Source: Marsupella aquatica (lineage: Eukaryota > Plantae > Marchantiophyta). From it: DNA of 64,000 nucleotides. The notes beneath the pieces were generated by a model. It did no database searches. It was not told the DNA's origin and was given only the letters and a program-made list of their open reading frames with translations. Shown piece by piece: positions 1 through 11,211 of the stretch (positions are counted from its first letter, which is position 1; each line of letters starts with the position of its first letter). The position numbers were made by a program, and so were the translations under genes. Location of the stretch: NCBI GenBank assembly GCA_973895155.1, contig OZ316891.1, forward strand, positions 13,361,037 to 13,425,036, given 5' to 3'.

Positions 1-3000
1 TCCTGGTTCACCCTTTCACCTGCTTTAGCTGCATCTTCTGCTTTAAGTTTCCAGCCTTCCACCTGAACCATGAGATCACAAATCAGAGTAGCAGATTCTG
101 CAACTCTTCTTCGCTCTTCAACAAGGTCATCCGCAGCTCTTGATAGAAGTTGAGCAATTCCCCTGTCTTCAATCATGGCATGTTCCACTGACATCATGGC
201 TTCCTTGATGCGCAGCACCTCCTGAGTTACTGTGTCTCTCTGTTTGGCTGAGTCGTCTGCAATTCTCTTCCACTCCTCTACCTGGGCTTGGAGGTCAGCG
301 ATCAAAGAAGCAGACTCCGCTACTTTCATCCTCTCCTCGTTCAGGTCTTGCTCAAGAATAGAAAGGCGCTGCACATTTCCCCTCTCTTCAATCAAGTCAT
401 GCTCCATCCTGATCATGGCGTCATTGATGCGCACAACTTCCTGATGACCCTGTAGTCTCATACCTTCTACATCTCCAAGTTGTTGTTTGAGCGACAACAC
501 TTCGCTTTCAGCAGCTGCAACTCTGGACTGCAGCTCTAGCCACTCAGCCTGTACACCATCCAGGGTCTCCTGGATCTTCAAAGCATTCTTTTCGGTTTCC
601 ATGGCCCGACTAGAGGTAGCATGAAGCTCTTGCGTTAAAGAGCTTGCTTCCTTGAAGCTTAATTCTGCTTTCTCTTTCCAGCTTGCTATCTCGACCTCCA
701 TAGAATTGATAGCACCCAAATGCCCTGAGATAACGTCTGACTTTTCAGACAGTACATTCTGAGCCAGTGCTAAGGCCTCGTGCGATCTTGCTAGCTCTCC
801 CTTAGTGTCTTTGTATCTTTTCTCCACTTCTGACAACTTCTCCATTAGCATTTCGGTCTCACTCTCCTTGCCACCAAGGTTTGCTTCAAGTACCTGATAT
901 TTCCCTCGAGCCTCCTCTAGAGCAGCTTGCACAGAACGAAGACGAGCGTCACGCTCATGGACTGTACGACGCGATGATTCCAGTTCGTCTGCTAGACTTG
1001 TCATCAACATTTGCGTTTCCCCTTCTTGAGCTACGACCAGCCTCGTCTGTTCTAGTTGCAGCTCAAGGCTTTGGATATCTTTAGACTTCAAAGCAACTTC
1101 ATTGGACGAAGCGTCATGCTGTACTCTGAGCTTTCTGAGCTCCGAGAGCAGTTCTTCGTTGTCCAGTTGCAACTCAGATCTCTGGCTCTGTACTCGTGAG
1201 AGGCTCTCTTCCAAGTTAATCTGCCTCTCTTCTTGCCATTGACGCTGCTCTTTGGCCCGTTGCAAATCTTGGTCACGATGTTCCAGCATCTTACTTTGTT
1301 CCAGAGCACTTGCTTGGACACTGAGCAACTGTGCTTCCATATCTTTCAGAGAGAAATCTTTCCTTGTATTAAGATCCAACAATGCTTCGCATTTTTCTTT
1401 GTATCGGGAAGACTCCTCCGTGAGCAACCTTGTACTGTTTTGATACGTCTCGAGTTGAAGATGAGCTACTGATAGCTCGCCCTTCAGCTCCGAGAGTGTT
1501 GACTGGAACTGCTTGATACGATCATCAGAACTTTGCTCGAGCTGCTGCAACCTGCCATGAAGCTCTTTCACCAGCCCAGATGAAGAATTGGCTTCACCTT
1601 TGCTTCGCTCGAGATCCTCACACAGCCGATTCATATCCTCTTGTTGAGCTGATAGTGCTCTCTGCTCATCTGACAATTGCAATTTCAGACTCTCAATCGC
1701 TCCCTCCATGACTTGGCGCAGGTCATTTCCTCTCTTGATATCCAGCTCGCAAACTTCCAGAGCCTCACGTTTCTCCTCCAGAGCGGCCCCAACGACGTCA
1801 AGCTGGGTTGTCATATCGTGTTCTTTTCTCTTCCATTCAGCTGCTCCTCTATCCAAGTCCTGCATCCGTTGGTGAAGCTGCTCGACTTCTGTTTGCATTG
1901 ACTCTCTAGAAATCAGTGCATCTTCAAGGTAACATTCCATCTCAATCAAGGCTCCCTCCTTTGCTCTCAATTGCCTTTCTACATCGGCCAATTCGTCTCG
2001 CACCAGCGCCTCTTCACGGTCCTTTAGGGCCAAGGCAGCTTTTGCCTTCCCAACATCAAGGGCCAACTGTTGCACGGCCCATTCTGAGGCCGCTAACTTC
2101 TCTTCCTTATCCTGCGCAATAGCTTTCGCAGCCGCGAGATACCCCTCGTCCTCTCTTATTTGTTGCTCAGCTTTGATTAGCTGAACACTTACAGTGTGAA
2201 AGTTCTGAAGTTTGGCCCGTAGATCGTTAATTTCGCTACAGCTAGAGGAGATATTTGATTGTGCAGCCTCATACTTGTCACAAAGCTGATTAATAGTAGT
2301 TCTACTGCTCTCAACTTCTTGCAAAAGCCCAACCTTCTTGGCCTCGAGGACGTGCACTACTTGCTCCATAGATTCCTTCCCTTCTTGTAGGGTCTTGTTC
2401 TCCACCGTTAACTTTGTCAGAGAAGTTTCCATGGAGTCCAGATCCTTCAAGGATTGCTCCTTCTGAGAACTGACTTCAAGAAGCTGCTGGGTAGCAGCCT
2501 TGAGTTGCACGGACACGGCAGACCAGTCTCTACGAGCTCCATCAAGCTTTCCTTCTAGATCTGCCTTCACTGCCAAATTCCCTTCTTGAGACTTTCTCAA
2601 CTCTTCCTCCATATTCGTTCTGATGTCTTCAAACAACTTCAGGTCGGTGGAAGCCTTGCATGCTTGTGACTTCATTACAGCAATGTGTTCCTCCATGTTA
2701 CACCGGATTTGGCATGTCTCCTTCACGTCCTTTTCTAAAAGATAGACTCTTTCACGAAGACCATCAGTCTCAGCATCTTTGTGCCTCAACTCTGCCTCCA
2801 GAACGCCAATCTGATCCTTAAGTTTCTCTACAGTCAGATCTTTATGACTCAATGCAGCAGAAAGGGAATCGTTCACGGCACGAACTTCTCTCCTCTCTAT
2901 CTCCACCTCCGTCCTCTCCACAGCAGATTGTTCTCTGGCTTGGTCAGCCAGCTTGCACTGCTCGGCCATTTCCTTATCATGCAACGCGCACCGCGCCTCT

Positions 3001-5309
3001 AAGTTACGAATGACATCCATGTGCCTTTCATTCTTATAGTGAACCTCGCTAAGCTGCTTTTCAACCTCACTCGCCCTTTCTTGTGTGCCTTGCAGTTCTG
3101 CAACAAGTTTCTCTCTGTCTGCCAACCAGGCATTCTCCTCTTGAGAGACCCTAAGGAGCAAGGAATTATGGATCCTTTCCAACTCTTTCCAGTCTGCATC
3201 TCGTTTAATCTGCCGTTGTTGTAGTTCTTCATAATCCTTCTGCATAAGCGAGCGTTCCTCTTCGTGAATACTCAGCTCAGAAATTGTTTGGTCCATGTTA
3301 TGAATCTGGACTTTCAGATCTTGTATCACCCTATCCTTTCCATGTAAGGACTCGAGCAGCAAAGACTTCTCTGCATGGATATTCTTCTCTAAGGACACTA
3401 AAGCTTCTCTGGCTGTAGCAGCCTCCTCGGAAGCCACTTCTAGCTGCTCCGTACATTGTTTGAGCTGCATATCCAAAGACGAACGATGGCCTTGCGCATG
3501 CTCCAGCGCTCCCTTAAGTCTGTCCAGCTCACTACCAAGCTGCTTTACGGTTTCGTCCTTTGTGCTCAACTGGTCATGAGCCTGATCTAAAGCTTTTACT
3601 ATTTCTCTCCTTTCCTTGTCAAAGCCTTTCTCCAGCTCTTTCATCCGTGATCGTAAGGTATCATTAGCCTCAACAACACCAGACATTTTCTCCTTCATGG
3701 ATCGTAATTGCTGTAGCTGCTGTCCGTGATCTGACTGCCAAGCTCGATAGTCTGTTTCCATTTCTTTCAGCTCGTTATATTCCTGCTCCATGTGGGTATG
3801 CTTGACTTGCAAATCTTTGAGCTGCCTTTCATTCGCCCCGAGAGTATTTCTAAGAGCACCGATCTCAGTGCTGGACTGCTCCCTCAAAGTCTCCAAAGTG
3901 AATTGGGCTTCCTCGAATCCGGCCGTTACCTGCTCCAGACCTTGGCGACTTTCTGCCGCTTCCAGCTCCAATACTTTCCGGCGACTCTCTTCTCGGGAGA
4001 GTGCATGGTGAACCATCTCGAGTTGGTTCTGCGCTTCTCGTAGCATGCACTCTTTCGAATCCAAGTTAGACTGCAGCGAGTCAATGTCTGAGAACAAGTG
4101 AGATTTTTCTGTGTCCCACTCACTACGTTTCTCTTTAAACTGCGATTTCAACTTCGAATGAGCGTCTTCCAATAATTGGAACTGCTCGTTCCGCCACTTC
4201 AGTCGCTCTTCCAGCTCCTTGTTGCTTTGTTCTACCTCTTCGACACGCTCCTCGCGGAATTGCAGCTCCCTTAATGAGCTCTCAGCCTTGGCTCTGTGTG
4301 TCGTTGCATGACTTAGAGCCTTCTCACACTCTTGAAGGCGCTTCTTCATTGCTTCAACTTGGACACCTGAATTCTTCGCCTCCAAAAGCTCCGTCGTTGT
4401 GCTGTCGAGTTTAGTCTGCAGCTGACAAAGCAGAGATGAGGATTCCTCAGCCTTACTCTCTGCTGTGGTGCAGCGTTTCTCCAAATGGGCTGCTTGTTCT
4501 TTCAGCCTCGTCAGATTATTCTCTACCTCCTTAAGCTTCACGCTCTGTTCGTGAGATTTCAGTTCGGATGCCTCTAAAGCTGTGATGACCTCTTCCTTCT
4601 CCTGTTCCAAAATTTTCTCCTTCCTCTGAAATGAAAGACGGGGCTGGTCATCCCCCATACGACTCTCTAGCATATGCACCTTCTCTAGGACCTCTGTCAA
4701 TTTCAGCTGCAGCTGCTGCTTCTCGTCATCTTCTTGCTCCACGTTTTGATTGGTATGGATAGCTTTCCCTTCCATTAAGGTGAAGGTGGATTCGGCAATT
4801 TCAACCACGGGAGCCTGGATCTCTAATACTCTTCTATTGCAAGATTTCCTAACTTTCCCAGCCTTCAAACATTCCACAAAATTTACACCGGGGTCATGAT
4901 GGTCGGACTCTAGCTGAGGTATCTCTAGTACGCTCTCTTCGATCACCGTATTAACATCAAGATTCTCCTTGTTGTCAAATATGCTCTGCAAACCCTCGAC
5001 GGCCCATTGATCACTCTGTCGTGATTTCGCCTCCGCCTGACACTTTCGTGGCAACAATCCTTCGGTGCTGCTGGGTTCCTCTTCAAATGTCTCCAGCACT
5101 TTCAATCCGTCTAATTGATTCCCAGACTCACCACCTGAGGAGCACTCAAGCGAGGCACTTGAGGACGCTATTTCTCTACATGTATTATCATCAGGCGAAT
5201 CGAGGTCGACACGAGCTTCATGGTCCTGTTCCATTTGTGTTAGGGATGTATGCTCGCACGAGCTGCTACATTCGACTTCCAGAGGAAAACTGCCATTGAT
5301 CTGCTCCAT
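1..5309 (-). CDS. Giant coiled-coil protein, At4g38062-like; single uninterrupted exon, 3' end beyond the window edge
   Basis: ATG at 5309 follows an in-frame TGA at 5313-5315. The same frame is open at both ends (MEQINGSFPLE... to ...EDAAKAGERVNQ at position 3), and no ORF-track entry ends in this frame, implying no stop. The segment LKWRNEQFQLLEDAHSKLKSQFKEKRSEWDTEKSHLFSDIDSLQSNLDS...ALSREESRRKVLE (~3960-4205) matches my recollection of Arabidopsis At4g38062 (LKWKKEQFKHLEEA...EETRRKHLE). Confidence 0.88.
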   Translation of the reverse strand, partial: MEQINGSFPLEVECSSSCEHTSLTQMEQDHEARVDLDSPDDNTCREIASSSASLECSSGGESGNQLDGLKVLETFEEEPSSTEGLLPRKCQAEAKSRQSDQWAVEGLQSIFDNKENLDVNTVIEESVLEIPQLESDHHDPGVNFVECLKAGKVRKSCNRRVLEIQAPVVEIAESTFTLMEGKAIHTNQNVEQEDDEKQQLQLKLTEVLEKVHMLESRMGDDQPRLSFQRKEKILEQEKEEVITALEASELKSHEQSVKLKEVENNLTRLKEQAAHLEKRCTTAESKAEESSSLLCQLQTKLDSTTTELLEAKNSGVQVEAMKKRLQECEKALSHATTHRAKAESSLRELQFREERVEEVEQSNKELEERLKWRNEQFQLLEDAHSKLKSQFKEKRSEWDTEKSHLFSDIDSLQSNLDSKECMLREAQNQLEMVHHALSREESRRKVLELEAAESRQGLEQVTAGFEEAQFTLETLREQSSTEIGALRNTLGANERQLKDLQVKHTHMEQEYNELKEMETDYRAWQSDHGQQLQQLRSMKEKMSGVVEANDTLRSRMKELEKGFDKERREIVKALDQAHDQLSTKDETVKQLGSELDRLKGALEHAQGHRSSLDMQLKQCTEQLEVASEEAATAREALVSLEKNIHAEKSLLLESLHGKDRVIQDLKVQIHNMDQTISELSIHEEERSLMQKDYEELQQRQIKRDADWKELERIHNSLLLRVSQEENAWLADREKLVAELQGTQERASEVEKQLSEVHYKNERHMDVIRNLEARCALHDKEMAEQCKLADQAREQSAVERTEVEIERREVRAVNDSLSAALSHKDLTVEKLKDQIGVLEAELRHKDAETDGLRERVYLLEKDVKETCQIRCNMEEHIAVMKSQACKASTDLKLFEDIRTNMEEELRKSQEGNLAVKADLEGKLDGARRDWSAVSVQLKAATQQLLEVSSQKEQSLKDLDSMETSLTKLTVENKTLQEGKESMEQVVHVLEAKKVGLLQEVESSRTTINQLCDKYEAAQSNISSSCSEINDLRAKLQNFHTVSVQLIKAEQQIREDEGYLAAAKAIAQDKEEKLAASEWAVQQLALDVGKAKAALALKDREEALVRDELADVERQLRAKEGALIEMECYLEDALISRESMQTEVEQLHQRMQDLDRGAAEWKRKEHDMTTQLDVVGAALEEKREALEVCELDIKRGNDLRQVMEGAIESLKLQLSDEQRALSAQQEDMNRLCEDLERSKGEANSSSGLVKELHGRLQQLEQSSDDRIKQFQSTLSELKGELSVAHLQLETYQNSTRLLTEESSRYKEKCEALLDLNTRKDFSLKDMEAQLLSVQASALEQSKMLEHRDQDLQRAKEQRQWQEERQINLEESLSRVQSQRSELQLDNEELLSELRKLRVQHDASSNEVALKSKDIQSLELQLEQTRLVVAQEGETQMLMTSLADELESSRRTVHERDARLRSVQAALEEARGKYQVLEANLGGKESETEMLMEKLSEVEKRYKDTKGELARSHEALALAQNVLSEKSDVISGHLGAINSMEVEIASWKEKAELSFKEASSLTQELHATSSRAMETEKNALKIQETLDGVQAEWLELQSRVAAAESEVLSLKQQLGDVEGMRLQGHQEVVRINDAMIRMEHDLIEERGNVQRLSILEQDLNEERMKVAESASLIADLQAQVEEWKRIADDSAKQRDTVTQEVLRIKEAMMSVEHAMIEDRGIAQLLSRAADDLVEERRRVAESATLICDLMVQVEGWKLKAEDAAKAGERVNQ
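3..443 (-). repeat. Coding tandem repeat with 219 bp (73 aa) period inside the coiled-coil gene
   Basis: QE codons start at 443, 224 and 5. Units QEVVRINDAMIRMEHDLIEERG...QVEEWKRIADD and QEVLRIKEAMMSVEHAMIEDRG...QVEGWKLKAED align without gaps. Confidence 0.85.
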
Positions 5310-7571
5310 ACATCACCAAACGCAATCATTTGGACGACGTTAGTATGGAATGGAATGCGGCATTACTGTCCGCAAAACCAAACCCTTTCCTACGCTCTGT
5401 GGAAGTTCAACAGCGAGGTGGTTGGAATGGAAGACGTTCTGTCCGAATCCTTTGCTGAACCGCAGATTTTAAATTGTAGTGAACTATGCATTGCAGAGAA
5501 CATGCTGCTTAATTTGGAAATGAATTACAACATTAACACGATGTTGTACTTACTTCAGAGATTGTCTTCTGGGCATGTGGAGGACCAAAAGCGTAAAAGT
5601 AGAAAAAGTCTTCAGCGCTGTCACTGACTGCAGTAACTGACTAAAATTTCGATACGAACGCTACGAATGGATGTCACATATTATCGACAACATAATACGA
5701 GAGACAACAACGTTGGACCCGACGAAAAATACGGATGGATGTCCTTGATTGTTACCTTTCCGCAGTCCATATGCATTTGATCGGTCTCATAGCAAATCAC
5801 ACCTGCACCGACAGTTTCCTATGTCAATCGCTGATCGGTTTTTTGGCAGGCTCACTCCATTTGAAAACTACAAATGAGCTCAAGAATCTGACTTGCGATG
5901 GTCCGGTGCCTTGACGCAACTTATCAAACAGAAATAACTTAAAATTTCTGACAATGAGTGCTACGGAAGAAAAGTTTTCAAGATTTGATGAAAACAGAAT
6001 GTCTAATCTTATTGGCCGAACTCTGTTTTCGTTTGAGCCGTCCTGTGGCTTTGTTACAAAGTAATGTATACCTCCAATATTTTGAGAGCAATCCATATTT
6101 TGGACTTCGAAATCTATCTCCGCCATGTTGCGCCCATCCAGACCACCAGCATCAACGCGAGAACTGCCGACGACCAAGTATCTTCCGTTACCATTCCGCA
6201 AGACAGAACCAATCGCATATCATGATACAAGAACTCTCAACATTGATGACAGACAATGAGATCTCTGGTCATTCTTAACCAATGAAACGGCAATTACAAA
6301 CAAGTACACTCATTTGTGAACAGCTCGTTCAAAATTGACGGCCAATTAATTCACGTCACGAGAAACACCATTGCCCCACGGGACGATGTGAACGAAGGAG
6401 AGGGACAACACTGTTGGCTTCAGAATAGCAGTGTGACACAGCTCATTGAACAAGAATCGCTGCAAACACGGCGAACACGGCGAACTCCAACTGTTGCTGA
6501 GAGCATGAAGCATCGTCTCTCAAAACACAGTCGAGCGACTAACACGTCCAAGACATTCTGAACAGAAAGAATACTAGAAGATATCCTGAATCTCACAACA
6601 GAGAAGGGGAGTTAGTTTTGCCTCTCATGACAAAGACTCGCAGCACTAGCTCTCAGTAATTTATGACAAAGTGAAGGCAGAGAACATACCCAAGAGTAAA
6701 TGCCACAGCGAATGTAGACTTAGCCTCTGAACACCTGGGCAGCTTCTACCCGCATTGCATTATCAACTCGATCCATGGTCGACATAAGCAATGTCGCTGC
6801 CACTCCGTAACCTGTACTCCGCAATGCAATTGATGCCTGGCAACCACAAACCACCACCTCTTGGGGATATCCCTTTGCTCAACTCAATGCCGAATGAGCC
6901 AGGGACCAGCCAAGCCAATTCTTCTAAACCCGTCACAGTTCCCCGACCGAAACGATCAATCACCCATCACCGATCCTGCTTGTTGTCGGGTTTCGGCTGC
7001 GCATGCATGCAGCGAGTGATATCAATCAATGAAGGAGCAAGTCCTCCAAATCCCAATCTCCGCTGGGACGTCTCAGCTCACTCAATTTCGTCACAGGGCT
7101 GGCACTCGTCCGGGCAGCTATGTTACCGACCAACACCCTCCCCTTCTCCTCGCGCCCCCCCCCCCCGCCCTCGATTGCATTCGGTTCTCTCTCAAACGCA
7201 ACGAGCTGATTCCACAAAACATTCAAATCTGGACAACCCGTCAATCGGTGGTGACTGGTGAGGGAAATCGGTCGGAACCAGTTCAACGGATCTGTGAGAA
7301 AGGTTCGTGAGAGCTCAGGCTTCCTTCGTGCCGAGCGGTACCGTAGTGACGCGGAGAGACGACGAAGAACAGAGTGCAAATCAACATGTACCGAATGGTG
7401 ATGGCCAATGGACCGGCAGAATTGGATCGATGGGGGGTTGATCGAAGCTCGAGAGAACGGATCTCTCTACAGTCCACACAGCGGCCGGCCCGATCGAGGG
7501 AGCAGAGCACGCGCACACGAGAGACGAGAGACGAGAGAGTAGAAGAAAGCGAGGCGAGGGGGAATCACGAA

Positions 7572-7590
7572 TTCAAATTCAAAAAACGGT
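7572..7590 (-). promoter_or_regulatory. Putative G2/M promoter module: two CHR-like TTTGAA motifs next to an MSA-core AACGG
   Basis: ttcaaattcaaaaaacggt lies immediately upstream of a minus-strand CT-rich leader (7500-7560). Further AACGG cores occur near 7285 and 7456. Confidence 0.35.
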
Positions 7591-8851
7591 CATTCCCACC
7601 GCAGTGGGAGACTAGTACAGTACTTTCTTTCTTTCTTTTTATTAGGTGATTCTTTATCTTGCTAAATAATTTTAATATCTTTTAGGAATTAGGATGGCAG
7701 AGCTTCGACGAGTGCTGCCATAGGTACATAAGCTTTCTTCGAGCTCGCAGGTTGCACCGGTCATTGCAATCCCAAATCTTTTTGGCAGCCAGAGCCCCCA
7801 TATTTTTTCCCAACTGCCATATTCTTTGGTTTTCCAAGTTGTCATTCTTTTTCAGTGCTGTGAAATAGGATGGACCCTTGTTCGGTTGCCACATGTCTCC
7901 ATCTGTGGTAGCATCAACATTCCCTCTATTTTCATGTCGGGCTTTGGTTGCCGGGCTCTACCCACATGTGTTGGAAAGGGCCCTTTTGCCAGGCATTGGT
8001 GCAAGGGGCGTAGTTGGATTTGGGCTGGCAAAAGATGCAGACTGTTCAAATCGTGCCAAACATCAGGCTGTGCAGGCATCCAATGCAAAAACCAGCGTGG
8101 ATGCTCTTAGTAGTAGCTGCATGAAAGGTTCACCCAAAGAGGCAAAGTTTTTTCATACATCTTGGACATCCAACTCTTCACCTTGGGAGGAAAAAAACAC
8201 ACACATGAACCTTTGGTCTCTGGAAAGAAGAGCTCAAGGGAGATCAATTTTCTCTTGGAAATCAACTTAATTCCTGCCATAATTTTAAAAGGTGACAAAA
8301 TACATTAGAGTGGGTCAAACTATCGCCGGAAGCAAAGTCTTATGGGGTGAAACATTTTAGACATAAGATTCTTGTGGGGATTATATCTATGTAGCCTCTA
8401 ACCTTCTGTCCTGGCCATAAAACAGTTTATGGTCTTGGCTGTATCTCATTTATGTCATTATATTGACATGCAATATTGCTCTATGAAAGCTAGTTCAGAA
8501 TGAGTGTTTACGGTTGATCTAGAGTGTAAGGCAATGCAATAAGGCCAAAAAACAAAAATACAAGTAGACGAAGAGAAAAAAACTATAAGGTAACATAGTC
8601 CGAGCATAGAATGCTTATGTGCATAAATGTTGCTGCATTATCTTAGAGTTACCTTTTATTGTAGTTTTTTCCTTCTGCCTTGGAACCAAGAGGAAATTCA
8701 TCTAAGACTTGTCTTGGGACTATGTAATACTATAAGGTAGTCCACAACGGATAGGATATGTTGGAGGGAGATAAGATCACATCAGGGTCACAAGGCAGCC
8801 AACCAGGGATGCTGGGGTGGGGGCGGCAGCGATACGCTTCCCTCGCTCTAC

Positions 8852-9181
8852 TATTAAGTATTGCTCTTAGTCTTGTGACTCATAGGTTAAGACAATTAGT
8901 CTAACCACAGTTAGGGGCTTAGCTGAGGTTAGGATAGTTATAAATGACCTTGTATATATCAGGGCTAGTGTAAACCACTGGTACATTAGTGTTTGTTTAT
9001 TGTAACGACGCAATGTAAGAGAGAGAGAGCTCATGTGTGGAGACGACTCTTGAAGTAAAGTTTTTCACGTTCGTGTGGACGTAGCCTTGGAGAAGAGGTG
9101 AACCACATATGGATTGTGTCAACTACGTGGGCATGGTATGAGTCATGATCGTATCGTCAAGAATGACATCTTAGTTCAACA
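8852..9181 (+). mobile_element. Solo LTR, Copia-like, 330 bp
   Basis: TATT (mutated TGTT)...CAACA termini with perfect 5 bp TSD TCTAC (8847-8851, 9182-9186). Contains TATAAAT and a GTGGACGTAGCC...GGTGAACCACATAT motif shared with the elements at 9463 and 51212. Confidence 0.85.
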
Positions 9182-9232
9182 TCTACACCACATATACCCT
9201 TGATTATCGACTGTGGGTAAGGAGGTGGATCA

Positions 9233-9343
9233 AAATTATAGGTAACTAATTATAGGCTTTGAAAGAGGGGTGTTGGCCCAAGACAACCAAAAGGGGTGCC
9301 AACACCCCTCTTTCAAAGCACAGTCTAAAGTTACCTATAATTT
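9233..9343. repeat. Two-tier inverted repeat (hairpin)
   Basis: Perfect 22 bp stem 9256-9277/9298-9319 (gctttgaaagaggggtgttggc) plus perfect 15 bp outer stem 9233-9247/9329-9343 (aaattataggtaact). Confidence 0.9.
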
Positions 9344-9462
9344 CAACCTAGCCACCCCCAATTGTAAAAAGAAGGAAAAAACTCTGTGAGAGCGCCAAGA
9401 CCGGGCTAATGAACTAAAGGTGAGACAGTTCTTATCATATAATTTATTTGGGCCATCAAGTA

Positions 9463-9826
9463 TGTTGAGTGAATGGCTCTTAATCAAAGACAACATGCAC
9501 ATCATGTGCAATCCAAGAAACACCCAAATGGCAGCACAAAAGATATATGGTTCACCTCTCTAGAGGCTAAGTCCACACGAATACACATGAGAACTTTCCT
9601 GAACATTAAGCAATCTACCATATCCAGGGCCATATCAATTTTTTCTGACTACGGTCTCCCTATCTCCTCGATGGCTCTATAACAATGAGCCTAATGCTCC
9701 ACTCACTAATTGAGTATTGCTCGTAAACATGGTAGTGGCCACATCTAACCCTAATAAAGTACTTGACTATGGTTTAAATAATTGTGGTTACATAGTAACT
9801 CTAGACTCAAGGGTAGATGCCTAACA
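9463..9826 (-). mobile_element. Solo LTR, same Copia-like family, reverse orientation, 364 bp
   Basis: TGTTG...GCCTAACA termini with flanks AAGTA/AGGTA (4/5 TSD). Carries the reverse complement of the family motif (atggttcacc...ggctaagtccac). Confidence 0.78.
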
Positions 9827-11211
9827 AGGTACACACTCTGAGATATTGAGAGAGGTGAGTGGCCTTGGGTTGGTCAAGGGCTTTCATTTTGAGGATTTAT
9901 GTATACTGTGAAGGACACCAAGCATACTCGTTGCCACGTTGCAATGAGGGAGTAAGGTAGTAACTATATGAGGAGCTTGAGGAGTAAGAGAACATTGGAA
10001 ATTAGACATCAACACCGGGAATCAGCCGCTTGACACCAAACCTACATTCAAACTGAACATTCAAATGCATATCTCCCCTTTAGACATGGAAGAATGAGTG
10101 ACAACCTGACGACAACTTTCCATAGCATTGACAACTGAGTTTTGAAAAAGGCTGGCAATAACATAGTTACTTCTTCACAACCTGTGTGCTCCGTAGTTGC
10201 ACCTCTAAAACTCCTTCACACTCAGGGGCCTTAATCCAAGGGATGTCTCATATCACCCGCCAAGTTTTGGGGGAATAAACACCCTAAAACTTAAGTCAAT
10301 AAAGTTTTTTTGATGAATTTTTTTACCCTTAACTTAATGGAATATTGTTGGAATATTCACAAATTTGGTTTAAAAAATCCTATGATTCTTATAATTCTCA
10401 AAACTGGATTAAAACAACCCTAATGCTCTTCAACAAAAATTTAAAGTTTTTCACTAAACCCAATAAAAAATCCCTATACCTATTTGTGTATGATGGGTTG
10501 GAAGAAAAGAAGTGAGGACCCCGGGCCTTCACATCGCTCGGTCATGGGCTCGGTTACAACAACTCCACAACAACTTGACACCATTCCTAAATGCAGTAGG
10601 CTGACCTTTGACAAGTCTAAGTAGCTGGAATCAATGTGGCCTAAACAAACCACACAATTAGAAAGAAACCACAAAAAGCACATTCATCAATCAACTCTAC
10701 CGCAATGCAACAGGCAGAAGTACATTGTCACACAACCCTGTCACTCTTAGGGGTGTGTGGTCGACAGACCGCAATGAAATCATCCACCCTCTCACTAAAC
10801 CTTTAAATCCTGCTCTGGTTCATTTGTCTCCCCTCCTCTTTAGCTCCTTCACTTTGGCGGACACAGACATGGGCCTGCCATGAGACTTAGGAAGACCACC
10901 AGGTTAATGCAGAGCAGGCCCTAATGGGGTGTTGCTGTAGTCACTTATGCCCATGCTACATTGGGTACTTTCTTTGCAGCTGCTCAGATCATTTCAGACT
11001 TCAAATGATACCTCAATGTCATTTGCAAAGATGGCTGTCTGACCGGGTGTCTGACAGCCCGCCCTCCACACTTATCTGCCATGATATTGCATTGCATTGA
11101 GGTATCACATCAAGGCTATTGTCATCCCATAGAAGAATGGGGACTAGGTCCACATGACTGACACGTGCTGGCAGTAGGGTCAGAACCAAGATCACAAAGT
11201 AATTAAGTTTT

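Noticed and set aside
232-4123. Many short ORF-track entries on both strands
   Set aside because: Shadows or off-frame fragments of the long minus-strand coiled-coil ORF.
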